This document shows positions 39,867-49,449 of a stretch of DNA of 64,000 nucleotides, piece after piece (position 1 is the stretch's first letter; each line of letters opens with the position of its first letter). The DNA lies in NCBI GenBank assembly GCA_038727135.1, contig JAVYWL010000001.1:1-64000 (forward strand), written 5' to 3'. Made by a program: the position numbers and the translations under genes. The stretch is from Candidatus Bathyarchaeia archaeon (lineage in GTDB: Archaea; Thermoproteota; Bathyarchaeia; Bathyarchaeales; Bathycorpusculaceae). The notes under the pieces were generated by a model that saw only the letters and a list, made by a program, of their open reading frames with translations, did not search any database and had not been told where the DNA came from.

Positions 39867-42359
39867 CTAGGCGAGTTGAAGTGAGCCTAGCCTTTCCACT
39901 TTTTCGGTCATGGCTTTGGCTGCTTCTGCGAATTTGTCGCCTTCTATGAAGACTAGGTTGAACATTTCGAGTCTTTCTGGTTCTATGCCATAGGCTTGGA
40001 GAAGCGTCTTCGCCATTTCCACCTTTCTTTGGGCTTTTTGGCTTCCAACCTCGTAGTGGCATCCGTCGGGCTTGCACCCCACCACCATAACGCCTTGGGC
40101 TCCAGCCTTAAAGGCTTCGAGAATATGCTGAACTTGGATTATGCCCGTGCATGGAACTCGTAGCACTCTAACGTTGGCTGGGTAGCTCATCATAGCCATT
40201 CCAGAAGAGTCTATGGCTGCGTGGCCACATTCTGAACAGCTGAAGGCCAGCACCAGCGGCTTTGAAGTGCCATTAATAGACAACAGCGCCTTTATTTGGG
40301 CCGATATTTGACTTGGCTTTAGATGGCGAAGCTCTATGGCGCCCACTGGGCATGTGCCAACACATACTCCGCAGCCCTCGCATAAAAGTTCTGAAACCTT
40401 AGCCACAAAGTGGCCGTCGCCCTTCGGCTCAAGAGTTATGGCGTTGTATGGGCATGTTACTGGGCAGAACTGGCAATTGCCACAATAATCCTCGTTTACA
40501 ACGGCCACCTTCGAGTCCTTGACTATTTTGCCATTCATAAGGAATTTGGCTGCCTTAACAGCCGCTGAATGGGCATGGAGCGAAGCTGTTGGGGCATCCT
40601 TCGGGAAGACAGCGCCACCACATATGAATATGCCTCTCCGTTTTGTTTCAGTAGGCCTGAGCTTGGCGTTGTACTCCTTAAAGAAACCGTCTTGGTCCAA
40701 TTCTATGCCTAGGATTTTCGCCAGCTCCTTTGCGTCTTCAGATGGCACCATGGCTGTGGCTAAAACCACTAGGTCTGCTTCCAATTCCAAGAGCCTTCTT
40801 AGAAGCTCGTCTTCAACCTCGACAACAAGCATGTTTGTGGCTGGGTCGTGGATTATTTCGGACGGCCTTCCCTTAACGAATTTAACGCCCATTTCTCTTG
40901 CTCTCTCATAATAGTATTCGTGTTCCCTGCCTGTTGTGCGAATATCTATGTAGCATATGGTCACATCCGCGTCTGGAAAGGCCTCCTTAATCAGCGTGGC
41001 ATGCTTCAGCGAAATCATACAGCAAATGCTTGAGCAGTAGGGATTCCAGCGCCGGTCCCTTGAGCCAACACATTGTACAAAGACGATACGTTTTGCCGGT
41101 TTTCTGTCTGAAGGCTTAACTGGCACCCCGCCTGTCGGGCCGAAAGCGTCCAGCATCCTCGCCAATTCCAAATGCGTTATCACGTCTGGATATTCGCCAT
41201 AGTGGTACTCCTTTATGACGCTTGGGTCATATTCTCGGAAACCGGTAGCCACAATTATGCTCCCGACGTTAAGTGTCACATATTCAGTTTTCTGGTCCAG
41301 ATTGACGGCTTTTGTTGGGCAAACCTCAACGCATTTGGCGCATTCATGGAACTTGCAGGCTTTGGCGTCTATGGCGTAGGCCGGTGGGTAAACCAAAGGC
41401 TTGTTTATGTAGATGGCTTTCCGCTTTGTGAGCTTGGCGTTATATTCGTCTGGCACTTCGACGGGACAGACGCTTGTGCATAGGTCGCATGCCACACACT
41501 TTTTCTCGTCCACATAGCGGGGTTTCCGTTCAACAGTCACCTTGAAGTTCCCCGGGCCGCCCTCAACCTTCACGACTTTAGCGTTTGTCAAAACACTCAA
41601 GTTTGGAATCTCTGAGAAGCCGGAACGGTAAACGCATTTCCTCGATGTTTGGGTCACAGTTTTTAGGTCCGTTGCTGGAGACTGAATGCATATGGCACAG
41701 TCGTCCGTCGGGAAGAAACGGACAGCTTTAGCAGCTAAACCACCCAAAAAAGGCTCTTTCTCTATCAAGTGAACTTGGAAGCCCATGTCCGCCAAGTCTT
41801 CGGCTGCTTGCATTCCAGCTATTCCGCCGCCAATAACAAGGATGGATTTGAGGGCTGGGAATTCGGCTTTCTCTATTGGTTCCAGAAGCTTGGCCTTTTC
41901 AATGGCAGCTAGGAGCATTGCCTTAGCTTTTTCAGTAGCCTCTCTCGGCGTGTTCCTGTGAGGCCATGCGCAATGATCTTTTAAGTCTAAAACCTCCACC
42001 AAATGCGGGTTAAGTCCAACCTCTTCAACTGCTTTTGCAATGGCTATTTCGCTTATTTTTGGTATCGTCTCTGCGACGACGACACGGTTTATCTTCTTGG
42101 TTTTAATGGCGTCTACTATAGTTTTTAGGCCTTCACCCCGCCAGAACTCGCTTCCCCTAGCGACAAGAGCAACCCCTGGAACAGTCTTAACAAAGTTTGT
42201 TAAGGCTTCAAAATCGAGGATTTTTGCTATTTGCCCACCGCAGTCGGATAGGAAGACTCCAACTTTTGCCTCTTCAACAGTTTTCACCTTCGTCTCCCTC
42301 CTTTTTCTCCTTACAACTTTACCTTTTGATTCTTTGGATGAGCCTTTTCTCGCTGTCAT
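39867..42359 (-). CDS. hdrA: HdrA-MvhD fusion
   Basis: GGAGGTGG + ATG at 42359; GGGIAG, FPTDDC, CVGSRD...CCM; C-terminal CSEC, PCTG, GCKPDGCHY. Confidence 0.88.
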   Translation of the reverse strand: MTARKGSSKESKGKVVRRKRRETKVKTVEEAKVGVFLSDCGGQIAKILDFEALTNFVKTVPGVALVARGSEFWRGEGLKTIVDAIKTKKINRVVVAETIPKISEIAIAKAVEEVGLNPHLVEVLDLKDHCAWPHRNTPREATEKAKAMLLAAIEKAKLLEPIEKAEFPALKSILVIGGGIAGMQAAEDLADMGFQVHLIEKEPFLGGLAAKAVRFFPTDDCAICIQSPATDLKTVTQTSRKCVYRSGFSEIPNLSVLTNAKVVKVEGGPGNFKVTVERKPRYVDEKKCVACDLCTSVCPVEVPDEYNAKLTKRKAIYINKPLVYPPAYAIDAKACKFHECAKCVEVCPTKAVNLDQKTEYVTLNVGSIIVATGFREYDPSVIKEYHYGEYPDVITHLELARMLDAFGPTGGVPVKPSDRKPAKRIVFVQCVGSRDRRWNPYCSSICCMISLKHATLIKEAFPDADVTICYIDIRTTGREHEYYYERAREMGVKFVKGRPSEIIHDPATNMLVVEVEDELLRRLLELEADLVVLATAMVPSEDAKELAKILGIELDQDGFFKEYNAKLRPTETKRRGIFICGGAVFPKDAPTASLHAHSAAVKAAKFLMNGKIVKDSKVAVVNEDYCGNCQFCPVTCPYNAITLEPKGDGHFVAKVSELLCEGCGVCVGTCPVGAIELRHLKPSQISAQIKALLSINGTSKPLVLAFSCSECGHAAIDSSGMAMMSYPANVRVLRVPCTGIIQVQHILEAFKAGAQGVMVVGCKPDGCHYEVGSQKAQRKVEMAKTLLQAYGIEPERLEMFNLVFIEGDKFAEAAKAMTEKVERLGSLQLA

Positions 42360-43776
42360 AAATTTCCACCTCCAAAGGCATTTGGCCAACGGCAAAATGA
42401 GTGGCGCATGCGAAACATGGGTCATAAGCCCTAAAGGCCATTTCAATCATGTTTAATATGCCGTCGGTCACTTTGCCCTTCTTGATTAAGCCTTTGGCTG
42501 CATCCCTAATTGACATGCAAATGCCGGGAACATTATGCGTAGTAGCCACAATCAGGTTGACTTTCTTGGCTAGGGCGTTCTCGTCCAGCTGGTAATGGTG
42601 TATAAGCGTTCCACGGGCGGCTTCCACGATGCCCACGCCTTCTCCCGGTTTGCCGGGTTTGTTGCGAATGTTTTTGCTTGTTATTTCCGGGTCTGTTACA
42701 AGTTCTAGGGCGCGTTCAGCCGCATACAATAATTCAATAAGCCTTGCCCAGTGGTAAGCCAATGTGTTATGAACTGGTTTTCCGCCTAGTGTGGAGTACA
42801 TGCGCTCGTATTCGGCTTGGGCTAGGGGTGTTGCCATGCCATCAGCCGCATTAAGTCTTCCAAGAGGACCGACACGGTATACGCCGTTTTCGGCTCCATC
42901 TATGAAGCCTTTCCATCCCACTTTTTTCAGATATGGAAGTTTAACGTAGGTCCATGGCTCCACACGCTCTTCAATAACGTCCAAATACTCTTTAGGTGAG
43001 AATTTGACGAATTCGCGTCCGTTGGGGTCTACTACGCGGACGTTTCCGTCGTAGAAGTTTACTTTGTTATTTTTGTCCACCAAGCCCATATAGTAGGTTT
43101 TGAGCGTGTATGCCGCGCTTTTAATCAAGTCCACGTAAGCAGTGTTTTTCAGCACTATGTCGTCGAAGAGTTTCAGCGAGAACTTGGCGAATTCTAGGCA
43201 ACTTCTTACCATGCGCTCAATTTCCCGGCGCTCTTCTTCTGAGATTGGCCTTGCAAATCCGCCGGGGATGCATGCGCTTACCGGGTGGGTTGCTTTTCCG
43301 CCTAAAATTTCCGTTATTTTTTGGCCATAAGCCCTATGCTTTATAACCTCCTTGCCTATTTCAAGGCCTGCCTTCTCAATGACACCTAGAACGTTGCGTT
43401 TTTCTGGTGGCGCGTCTGGTCCCACAACAAAGTCGGGGCCGCCAAGATAGTAGAAGTGTAGTGTGTGGTCGTATAGGTAGTAGCCGCAGTACATAAGCTC
43501 GCGGAGTTTTTTAGCTGGCTCTGGCGGTTCAACGTTGAAGGCGGCGTCTAGGGCTTTGGCGCTGGCCATGTGGTGGGCCACTGGGCATACGCCACATATG
43601 CGGGGCGTTATGATGGGCAGATCTTCGGCTCTGCGGCCTTCACAGAATTTTTCGAAGCCGCGGAGTTCCGGGACTTGGAAGTAGGCTTCGTCCACGTCGC
43701 CCTCTTCGTTTAGGAATATGGTTATTTTTCCGTGGCCCTCCAGCCTTGTTATTGGATTTATAACTATCTCTTTCAT
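42319..43776 (-). CDS. mvhA: [NiFe] hydrogenase large subunit, copy 2
   Basis: RICGVC, DPCFACATH. Confidence 0.92.
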   Translation of the reverse strand: MKEIVINPITRLEGHGKITIFLNEEGDVDEAYFQVPELRGFEKFCEGRRAEDLPIITPRICGVCPVAHHMASAKALDAAFNVEPPEPAKKLRELMYCGYYLYDHTLHFYYLGGPDFVVGPDAPPEKRNVLGVIEKAGLEIGKEVIKHRAYGQKITEILGGKATHPVSACIPGGFARPISEEERREIERMVRSCLEFAKFSLKLFDDIVLKNTAYVDLIKSAAYTLKTYYMGLVDKNNKVNFYDGNVRVVDPNGREFVKFSPKEYLDVIEERVEPWTYVKLPYLKKVGWKGFIDGAENGVYRVGPLGRLNAADGMATPLAQAEYERMYSTLGGKPVHNTLAYHWARLIELLYAAERALELVTDPEITSKNIRNKPGKPGEGVGIVEAARGTLIHHYQLDENALAKKVNLIVATTHNVPGICMSIRDAAKGLIKKGKVTDGILNMIEMAFRAYDPCFACATHFAVGQMPLEVEIYDSEKRLIQRIKR

Positions 43777-44723
43777 GGGCGCATCACCCTCCTCCTTAGA
43801 AGGGAGTTAGCCAAAGAATACTTGTAGAAGGTTCCAACAGGGTCAACGACTTGCTGGATGACTTTCGGGTCTGTGGCTATGGAGGCGAAGGCGCTTATCA
43901 TGGCTGCGCCTTGGTCTGTCACGCGGGGTGCTGGTCCGCCGCATCCGGTGCATGGTATGTTCGCCTTTAGGCATTGGGCGCTGCATCCGCCTCTGGTGGC
44001 GGGTCCCATGCATATTACGCCTTGCTCTAGAAAACACGTTTTAAAGTCGTCTTCGATTTCATAGATTCGTTTTACTTGGGTAATTTTGCGGTCCTTCTTT
44101 TCTCTTGGACATTCGTCGCAGACAGACTTGTTGAAGAGGAGGTTTGCGCCTTTTGGTGGAAGTTTTCCGCTTAAGATGGCTTCTAGGGCGTCAATAACTC
44201 TTGGCACTGGCGGTGGACAGCCAGAAATAAAGTAGTCCACGTCAACTGTTTGCGCTAAAGTCTTAACAGTGTCGTAAAACTCTGGAAGCTCAAGCTCGCC
44301 CTGCGGCACTTTAAAACTTGTTTGGGGCGTTACTCCTTCAGGATTCCTTGTTGATGGAGTTTCAAAATAGGCTCTTTCAAAGATTTTTTCGCGGTTCCAC
44401 AAGTTGCCCAGGCCGACAACGCTTCCGTCGCAAGCGCATGAACCAAAAGCCACAAGAATTTTTGATTTCTGCCTTAGGAGTTTTGCCATGTATTCTTGTT
44501 CGCTGTTCCGTATAGCGCCATTGAAGAAGCAGACGTCTATGCTTTTGTCGGGCATGGCTTCAACATCCTTATATTTTATGTCCATGGCTACAGGCCAAAA
44601 AACGATGTCTGCTTTGGCTATTACATCCAAGATTTTCTCGTTGATGTCCAGAACGGCGATTTCGCATCCACCACAACTTGCTGCCCAGTAAAAGGCGAAC
44701 TTCAATTTCTGGGTTTTCTCCAT
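43773..44723 (-). CDS. mvhG: [NiFe] hydrogenase small subunit, copy 2
   Basis: ASCGGC, GSCA, SGCPP. Confidence 0.92.
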   Translation of the reverse strand: MEKTQKLKFAFYWAASCGGCEIAVLDINEKILDVIAKADIVFWPVAMDIKYKDVEAMPDKSIDVCFFNGAIRNSEQEYMAKLLRQKSKILVAFGSCACDGSVVGLGNLWNREKIFERAYFETPSTRNPEGVTPQTSFKVPQGELELPEFYDTVKTLAQTVDVDYFISGCPPPVPRVIDALEAILSGKLPPKGANLLFNKSVCDECPREKKDRKITQVKRIYEIEDDFKTCFLEQGVICMGPATRGGCSAQCLKANIPCTGCGGPAPRVTDQGAAMISAFASIATDPKVIQQVVDPVGTFYKYSLANSLLRRRVMRP

Positions 44724-44855
44724 TCTCCTCACCAGTTATGTATAATTTTAATGAAGCTAGATTATTGCAGCTTCTATAATTTAAATTTAGCTAATTTAGT
44801 AAATAGAAAATATGCTTCATTAAGCTTAATTCAAATTTAAAATATAAAGAGAATG

Positions 44856-47648
44856 TTAGTTTGTTGCTGCTTTTTCAGCCTCTTTGTCTGTCGTCTTTTC
44901 CACGCTGAGCGCAGTTTCCATCGCTGTCGCTTTTTCCAATGGTTTGATTGGTGGTTCCTCTTCTTTTAAGTTTAGGGTTCCCCTTATTGTGCCGTCCTCC
45001 ATATACTTTAGCTGGAAGCCTAAGTTTCGCATAAGCTCAATCGCTTTCCGATTTTCTGGAAGCATTATTCCATAAACGCTTTCTAGGCCTCTTTCTCTGC
45101 ATATTTCTATAACGTAGTCCACGAGCTTTGTTCCTAGGCCTAAGCCTTGCCACGGATCCGCCACCAGAAAGGCTATTTCGCCTGTTTTTCCGTCAAGTTC
45201 TATGCTGACTCTGGCTGTTCCGATGATTTTTCTTTTGCCGTTTTCTGTTAGTTCGGCGACTATGGCTATTTCTCGGTCGTAGTCTATGTTGCAGTAGCGG
45301 ACTCTAACCTCGTGGGGCATGTGCTTAAGGGTCTGGAAAAGCTTGTAGCGGATGGACTCTTCTGAGCAGTTTTTGAACATTTCAAGCCACAGTGGCTCGT
45401 CTTCGGGTTTTATGGGTCTCAACAGTACTGTTCTGCCGTCTCGGAGTTTCCATAAGGTTTCATACTTTTTGGGGTAGGGGCTTATAACCAAGTGTTGGTG
45501 GGGTTCCACTTTCCGGAATATGAGTTCTTTGTCTATTATTATGCGAGCGTCTATGGCTATGGCGTCCTCTTCATCCACAAGCAGTGGGTTAATGTCAATC
45601 TCCTTTATTTGTGGAAAATCTATTAGCAGATGCGAGAAGAGAACCATAACCTCTTCTAGGCGTTTAATGTTGGCTGGCGGCATATTCCGGTAACCTTTCA
45701 AAAGCTGGTAAACCTTTGTTTCTTCCATCATGCGCCTAGCCAACGTCTGGTTTAGCGGTGGCAAGCCTATGGAGAAGTCCTTGAAAAGCTCCACGCCTAT
45801 GCCTCCCATTCCAAACATTATGACTGGACCGAAGACTATGTCCTTCTTTGACCCTAAAATGACCTCGTAGCCACGCCTCTTAATCATCGGCTGAACTGTG
45901 ACGCCGATTATTTGGGCTTTCGGATTGTATTTTTTGGCGTTCTTCATTATGGTTCTGAAGGCTTCTCTAACTTCGTCTTCGCTTTTAATGTCGAGGATTA
46001 CTCCGCCAGCATCCGTCTTATGAATTATCTGAGGAGAAAGAACCTTCAAAACCACCGGGTAGCCGATTCGCGAGGCAATGGCAACGGCCTCATCCTCGTC
46101 CTTAGCAATATAGGTCTTCACCACTGGAAAGTTGTAAAACTCCAAAACCTTTTTGGCTTCAAACTCTGTTAGTACTTCACGGTTTTCAAGCGCTGCGCCC
46201 TTCAAAATAGCCAATATAGGAAGCTTAGGCGGAGAAAGGTCGACAGGCAATTCTTCTGGAGTTTCATAGAGCAGTTCGAGGTTTCGCTTGTACTGGTACA
46301 TGTAAAGGTAGGTCCTCACCGCTTGCTCTGGAGTGGAGAAGGTTGGAATCTCGTTGGCGTTAAATATGAAGTTCGCCTCTTCCACAGCTTTCCTACCCAT
46401 AAAAGACGTTAGGATCGTTTTGCCCCGCTGCCCCTTGCTTTTTATAAGCTCCACTATGCTCTTTGCAATTTCAACTGGTTCCGCCACTGCTTGAGCCGTG
46501 TAAATTATGAGGATTCCGTCAACGTTTTCATCATTGAGGCACGCTTCCAAAACGGCTTTGTAGCGGTCGGCTCTGGCGTCGCCTAAAATGTCTATTGGGT
46601 TTCCATGGCTCCAATATGGCGGTAAAATGCTGTTAAGATATTCCATTGTCTGGGGGCTTAACTTTGCGAGTTTGCCGCCCATTCCTATGAGGGCGTCAGT
46701 AGCCATAACGCCCGGACCGCCAGCATTCGTTATTATTGCAAGGTTTGGACCGCGGGGTAGTGGTTGCATGCCTAAAACTTCGGCGCAGTTGAATAGGTCT
46801 GCTATTTCTTCTACGCGAACTATTCCGGCACGTTTGAAGGCGGCATCATAAACGTCGTCCTCGCCTGTAAGCGAACCTGTATGGGAGGCGGCTGCCTTGG
46901 CGCTTTCGCTGTATTTTCCAGCCTTTACAACGATTATTGGTTTTGTTCTGGCGAAGTGTCTTGCGGCACTCATGAACTTGCGGGCGTTTGTTATGCCCTC
47001 AATATACATGAGGATGCTTCGCGTTTTGGGGTCTGTTCCAAAATAGTCTATTAAATCGCCGAAGTCCACGTCTATCATGGAGCCTACGGAGACGAAGTGG
47101 CTGAAGCCAACATTCTCATGAACAGCCCAATCCAATATGGCTGTGCCGAGGGCTCCGCTCTGGCTTATGAAGGCAATGTTGCCAGGTCTTGGCATCTCAT
47201 TAATGAATGTTGCGTTTAAGCGTATGCTTGGACGGATAATTCCCAAACAGTTGGGTCCAATAATGCGTAAATCGTACTTCCGCTTTATCTCAAGAATCTT
47301 ATCCTCGAGGGCTTTGCCTTCTGGACCGGTCTCCTTAAAACCAGCACTTATAATTATTAGCCCTTTTATTCCGGCTCTGCCGCACTGCTCAACCACGTCC
47401 GGAACAGTTTTGGCTGGAGTGGCTATAACCGCCAAATCAACGGTTTTTGGAAGCTGCTCTACGGTTTGGTAGGCTTTAACGCCTAAAATCTCTTTTTTGC
47501 GGATGTTTACTGGGTAAACTTCCCCCTCAAAACCAGACTCAAGAAAGTTTTTCATTAGGGCGTAGCCTACAGAACCTTCCTCGTCGCTGGCGCCAACAAC
47601 AGCCACACTTTTAGGATTAAAAATCTTGTCAAGGTGTAAGGTAACCAA
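44856..47648 (-). CDS. NDP-forming acyl-CoA synthetase-GNAT fusion (Pat/PatZ-like)
   Basis: GPNCLG, SQSGA, SHTGSL, HKTDAGGV; C-terminal WQGLGLG GNAT motif A. Confidence 0.9.
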   Translation of the reverse strand: MVTLHLDKIFNPKSVAVVGASDEEGSVGYALMKNFLESGFEGEVYPVNIRKKEILGVKAYQTVEQLPKTVDLAVIATPAKTVPDVVEQCGRAGIKGLIIISAGFKETGPEGKALEDKILEIKRKYDLRIIGPNCLGIIRPSIRLNATFINEMPRPGNIAFISQSGALGTAILDWAVHENVGFSHFVSVGSMIDVDFGDLIDYFGTDPKTRSILMYIEGITNARKFMSAARHFARTKPIIVVKAGKYSESAKAAASHTGSLTGEDDVYDAAFKRAGIVRVEEIADLFNCAEVLGMQPLPRGPNLAIITNAGGPGVMATDALIGMGGKLAKLSPQTMEYLNSILPPYWSHGNPIDILGDARADRYKAVLEACLNDENVDGILIIYTAQAVAEPVEIAKSIVELIKSKGQRGKTILTSFMGRKAVEEANFIFNANEIPTFSTPEQAVRTYLYMYQYKRNLELLYETPEELPVDLSPPKLPILAILKGAALENREVLTEFEAKKVLEFYNFPVVKTYIAKDEDEAVAIASRIGYPVVLKVLSPQIIHKTDAGGVILDIKSEDEVREAFRTIMKNAKKYNPKAQIIGVTVQPMIKRRGYEVILGSKKDIVFGPVIMFGMGGIGVELFKDFSIGLPPLNQTLARRMMEETKVYQLLKGYRNMPPANIKRLEEVMVLFSHLLIDFPQIKEIDINPLLVDEEDAIAIDARIIIDKELIFRKVEPHQHLVISPYPKKYETLWKLRDGRTVLLRPIKPEDEPLWLEMFKNCSEESIRYKLFQTLKHMPHEVRVRYCNIDYDREIAIVAELTENGKRKIIGTARVSIELDGKTGEIAFLVADPWQGLGLGTKLVDYVIEICRERGLESVYGIMLPENRKAIELMRNLGFQLKYMEDGTIRGTLNLKEEEPPIKPLEKATAMETALSVEKTTDKEAEKAATN

Positions 47649-47707
47649 GCCATAGCACCAGCACCATGAAAATTCGGCGGCGAAGATTAAAAGTTTACCT
47701 AAAACTA

Positions 47708-47764
47708 AACCGCATTTTCAAAGTTGATTAAACTTATAACTTTAAAATCAGCCTAGTGTTTGAT
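47708..47764 (+). repeat. 57-bp direct repeat A, copy 1 (promoter-like)
   Basis: 54/57 identical to 49309-49365; contains TTATAA. Confidence 0.9.
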
Positions 47765-47969
47765 AGAGAAAGGGATGATTGTTGTGATGGATAAGGTGAA
47801 GTTTAGATTCGCATTCATCGGCATAGCCCTATTCACACTTGCAGGCTGGCTTATAGGAGCACTTATTGAGCATACGCCTGGTCCCGGAGGCTTTCAAGCA
47901 ATAACCGCCTTAATTGGCGCCACTATAGCGGTCGGCATGCTGGCATTAGGAGAAGCACTAAAAAGCTGA
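47760..47969 (+). CDS. Small 2-TM membrane protein
   Basis: Two hydrophobic helices; start uncertain (47760, 47775 or 47787). Confidence 0.6.
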   Translation: MIEKGMIVVMDKVKFRFAFIGIALFTLAGWLIGALIEHTPGPGGFQAITALIGATIAVGMLALGEALKS

Positions 47970-47995
47970 AAGGGTAAGAAAAATTTGCGATTATA

Positions 47996-48098
47996 ATAGA
48001 AACTTTAATCAGTGAAGAGACTCTATTGTTTGCTAAATACCTACCTACGCAACAAGAAAGACTCATGGAAACCAAGACTCATACAACTAACAAACTAA
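47996..48098 (+). pseudogene. Probable cas1 (solo/casposase-like) 3' remnant 1
   Basis: IETLISEETLLFAKYL[CCTA dup]RNKKDSWKPR; paralogous to the remnant at 49060. Confidence 0.55.
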
Positions 48099-48153
48099 AA
48101 TCCATTTTTCTCTATCTTTGAAAATTCAACGTTGGGTTGGGATTAAATTTTAC

Positions 48154-48639
48154 CTATGCTTCTTCCTGTAATTTATTTCCACAATATGGACAAAAGTCAA
48201 ATGTTCTTGAAATTTCCCTTCTGCACTTAGGACATGTTGTTGGTTTTAATTCGTAACCACATTTGGGGCAAACTTCAAAGTCTTCTTCTAATTCCTCACC
48301 GCATTCTGGACATTCTAAAAATCGTATTTCCTTGTGTTCTTTTATTACGGGTTTTACTTGCGCTTTAGCACGCATTAAAATCTTGTGCGCCCGTATGAGC
48401 TTATTAACATTCTTCCCATCTTCATAGACCCAATATGCTATTGCAAAACCGGACAAACCTAGCAAAATAACATAGATGCCTAACACTTTAAGAATATTAA
48501 AATCCGGTGAGGATAAACCAGCAAGTGGAAGTAATCTAAAAGCGTCAGTTAAATAATCTGCTGTCCTAAAAAGCTCATAGGCTATATAAAAGCACAAAAT
48601 AAAATTAATGAACAGAAAAAGCACAACTAATATCCTCAT
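48154..48639 (-). CDS. Membrane protein with double zinc ribbon
   Basis: Two TM helices, then CPEC, CPKC, CPKC, CPYC. Confidence 0.8.
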   Translation of the reverse strand: MRILVVLFLFINFILCFYIAYELFRTADYLTDAFRLLPLAGLSSPDFNILKVLGIYVILLGLSGFAIAYWVYEDGKNVNKLIRAHKILMRAKAQVKPVIKEHKEIRFLECPECGEELEEDFEVCPKCGYELKPTTCPKCRREISRTFDFCPYCGNKLQEEA

Positions 48640-48763
48640 AATGCTTCATCTCTACAATTTAATTTATTTGGCTCAAAATTAAAAATTTTTGCAAATTTTC
48701 GGCGTATTGAAGTTTATTTTGGGCTAAAAATTAATCCCAAACCCAAACACCCTCTCAAAGGGG

Positions 48764-48821
48764 GAGAGAGGGACAGACGGACAGACAGAGACAGACACAC
48801 AGACAAACAGACAGAAACACA
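48764..48821. repeat. GACA/CAGA low-complexity tract
   Basis: gacagacggacagacagagacagacacacagacaaacagacagaaacac. Confidence 0.8.
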
Positions 48822-49059
48822 AGCATTAAACTCAAGGAAAAAGGAGAATAGGCTATTTGGAAATCATTCCGTAAACTAATGTTGCGACTCCTATAAGTAC
48901 TAATACGGTACCAACTAATGTTAAATTAACCCGTAAGTAGCTAAAAATTGCGGTTGGTTGCCAAGCGGTAAACTTTCAGCAACCTTTGGAAGTACTACCA
49001 AATCAAAGCAAAAGAACACCATGCCTATTAAAAGGCAAATGATACCAACAAAACATACA

Positions 49060-49308
49060 TTACGTTTCAAATTCATCACCTTTCAAACTTAAATTTACTG
49101 TTCTAGGTTTCCATATTTGCTTTTCGTTTCTCAGGTATTTGGCTAAAAGGTAAGCTTCCTCGTTAATGAGAGTTCCAACTGTTTGGCTTTTCCCATGCTT
49201 AATTCTTGGAATGCCAACTTTAGCTTCAAACAGTCGGTTAAGCCTTTCAACCAATTCCCTAGTCTTTTCACGGTTTAAAACTTGTCTTTTCCTAAACGGT
49301 TAGAGCTG
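49060..49308 (-). pseudogene. Probable cas1 (solo/casposase-like) 3' remnant 2
   Basis: KRQVLNREKTRELVERLNRLFEAKVGIPRIKHGKSQTVGTLINEEAYLLAKYLRNEKQIWKPR resembles, from memory, the C-terminus of bathyarchaeal solo Cas1; truncated at repeat A. Confidence 0.6.
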
Positions 49309-49365
49309 AACCGCATCTTCAAAGTTGATTAAACTTATAACTTTAAAATCAGCTTAGTGTTTAAT
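49309..49365 (+). repeat. 57-bp direct repeat A, copy 2
   Basis: 54/57 identical to 47708-47764. Confidence 0.9.
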
Positions 49366-49449
49366 GTTTATGTGTGACTGCTTGTGTGTCTGTGACAAGG
49401 TAAAGTGCAGGTAACGGGTGGGTTTGGGGATTAAATTTTTAATCTCATA

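Noticed and set aside
27519-42359. Methanogenesis inferred from hdr/mvh
   Set aside because: No mcr or mtr in the window; Hdr-Mvh is widespread in non-methanogens.
42360-42446. Track's longer N-terminus for the HdrA-MvhD fusion
   Set aside because: A strong GGAGGTGG precedes the ATG at 42359; the extension overlaps the conserved mvhA motif.
25072-44723. Selenocysteine/pyrrolysine recoding in Mvh/Hdr genes
   Set aside because: No in-frame TGA or TAG interrupts these genes; Cys is present at the hydrogenase active-site positions.
47708-47764. Repeat A as a Xer/dif site
   Set aside because: Does not fit the 11-6-11 TAA-N6-TTA layout.
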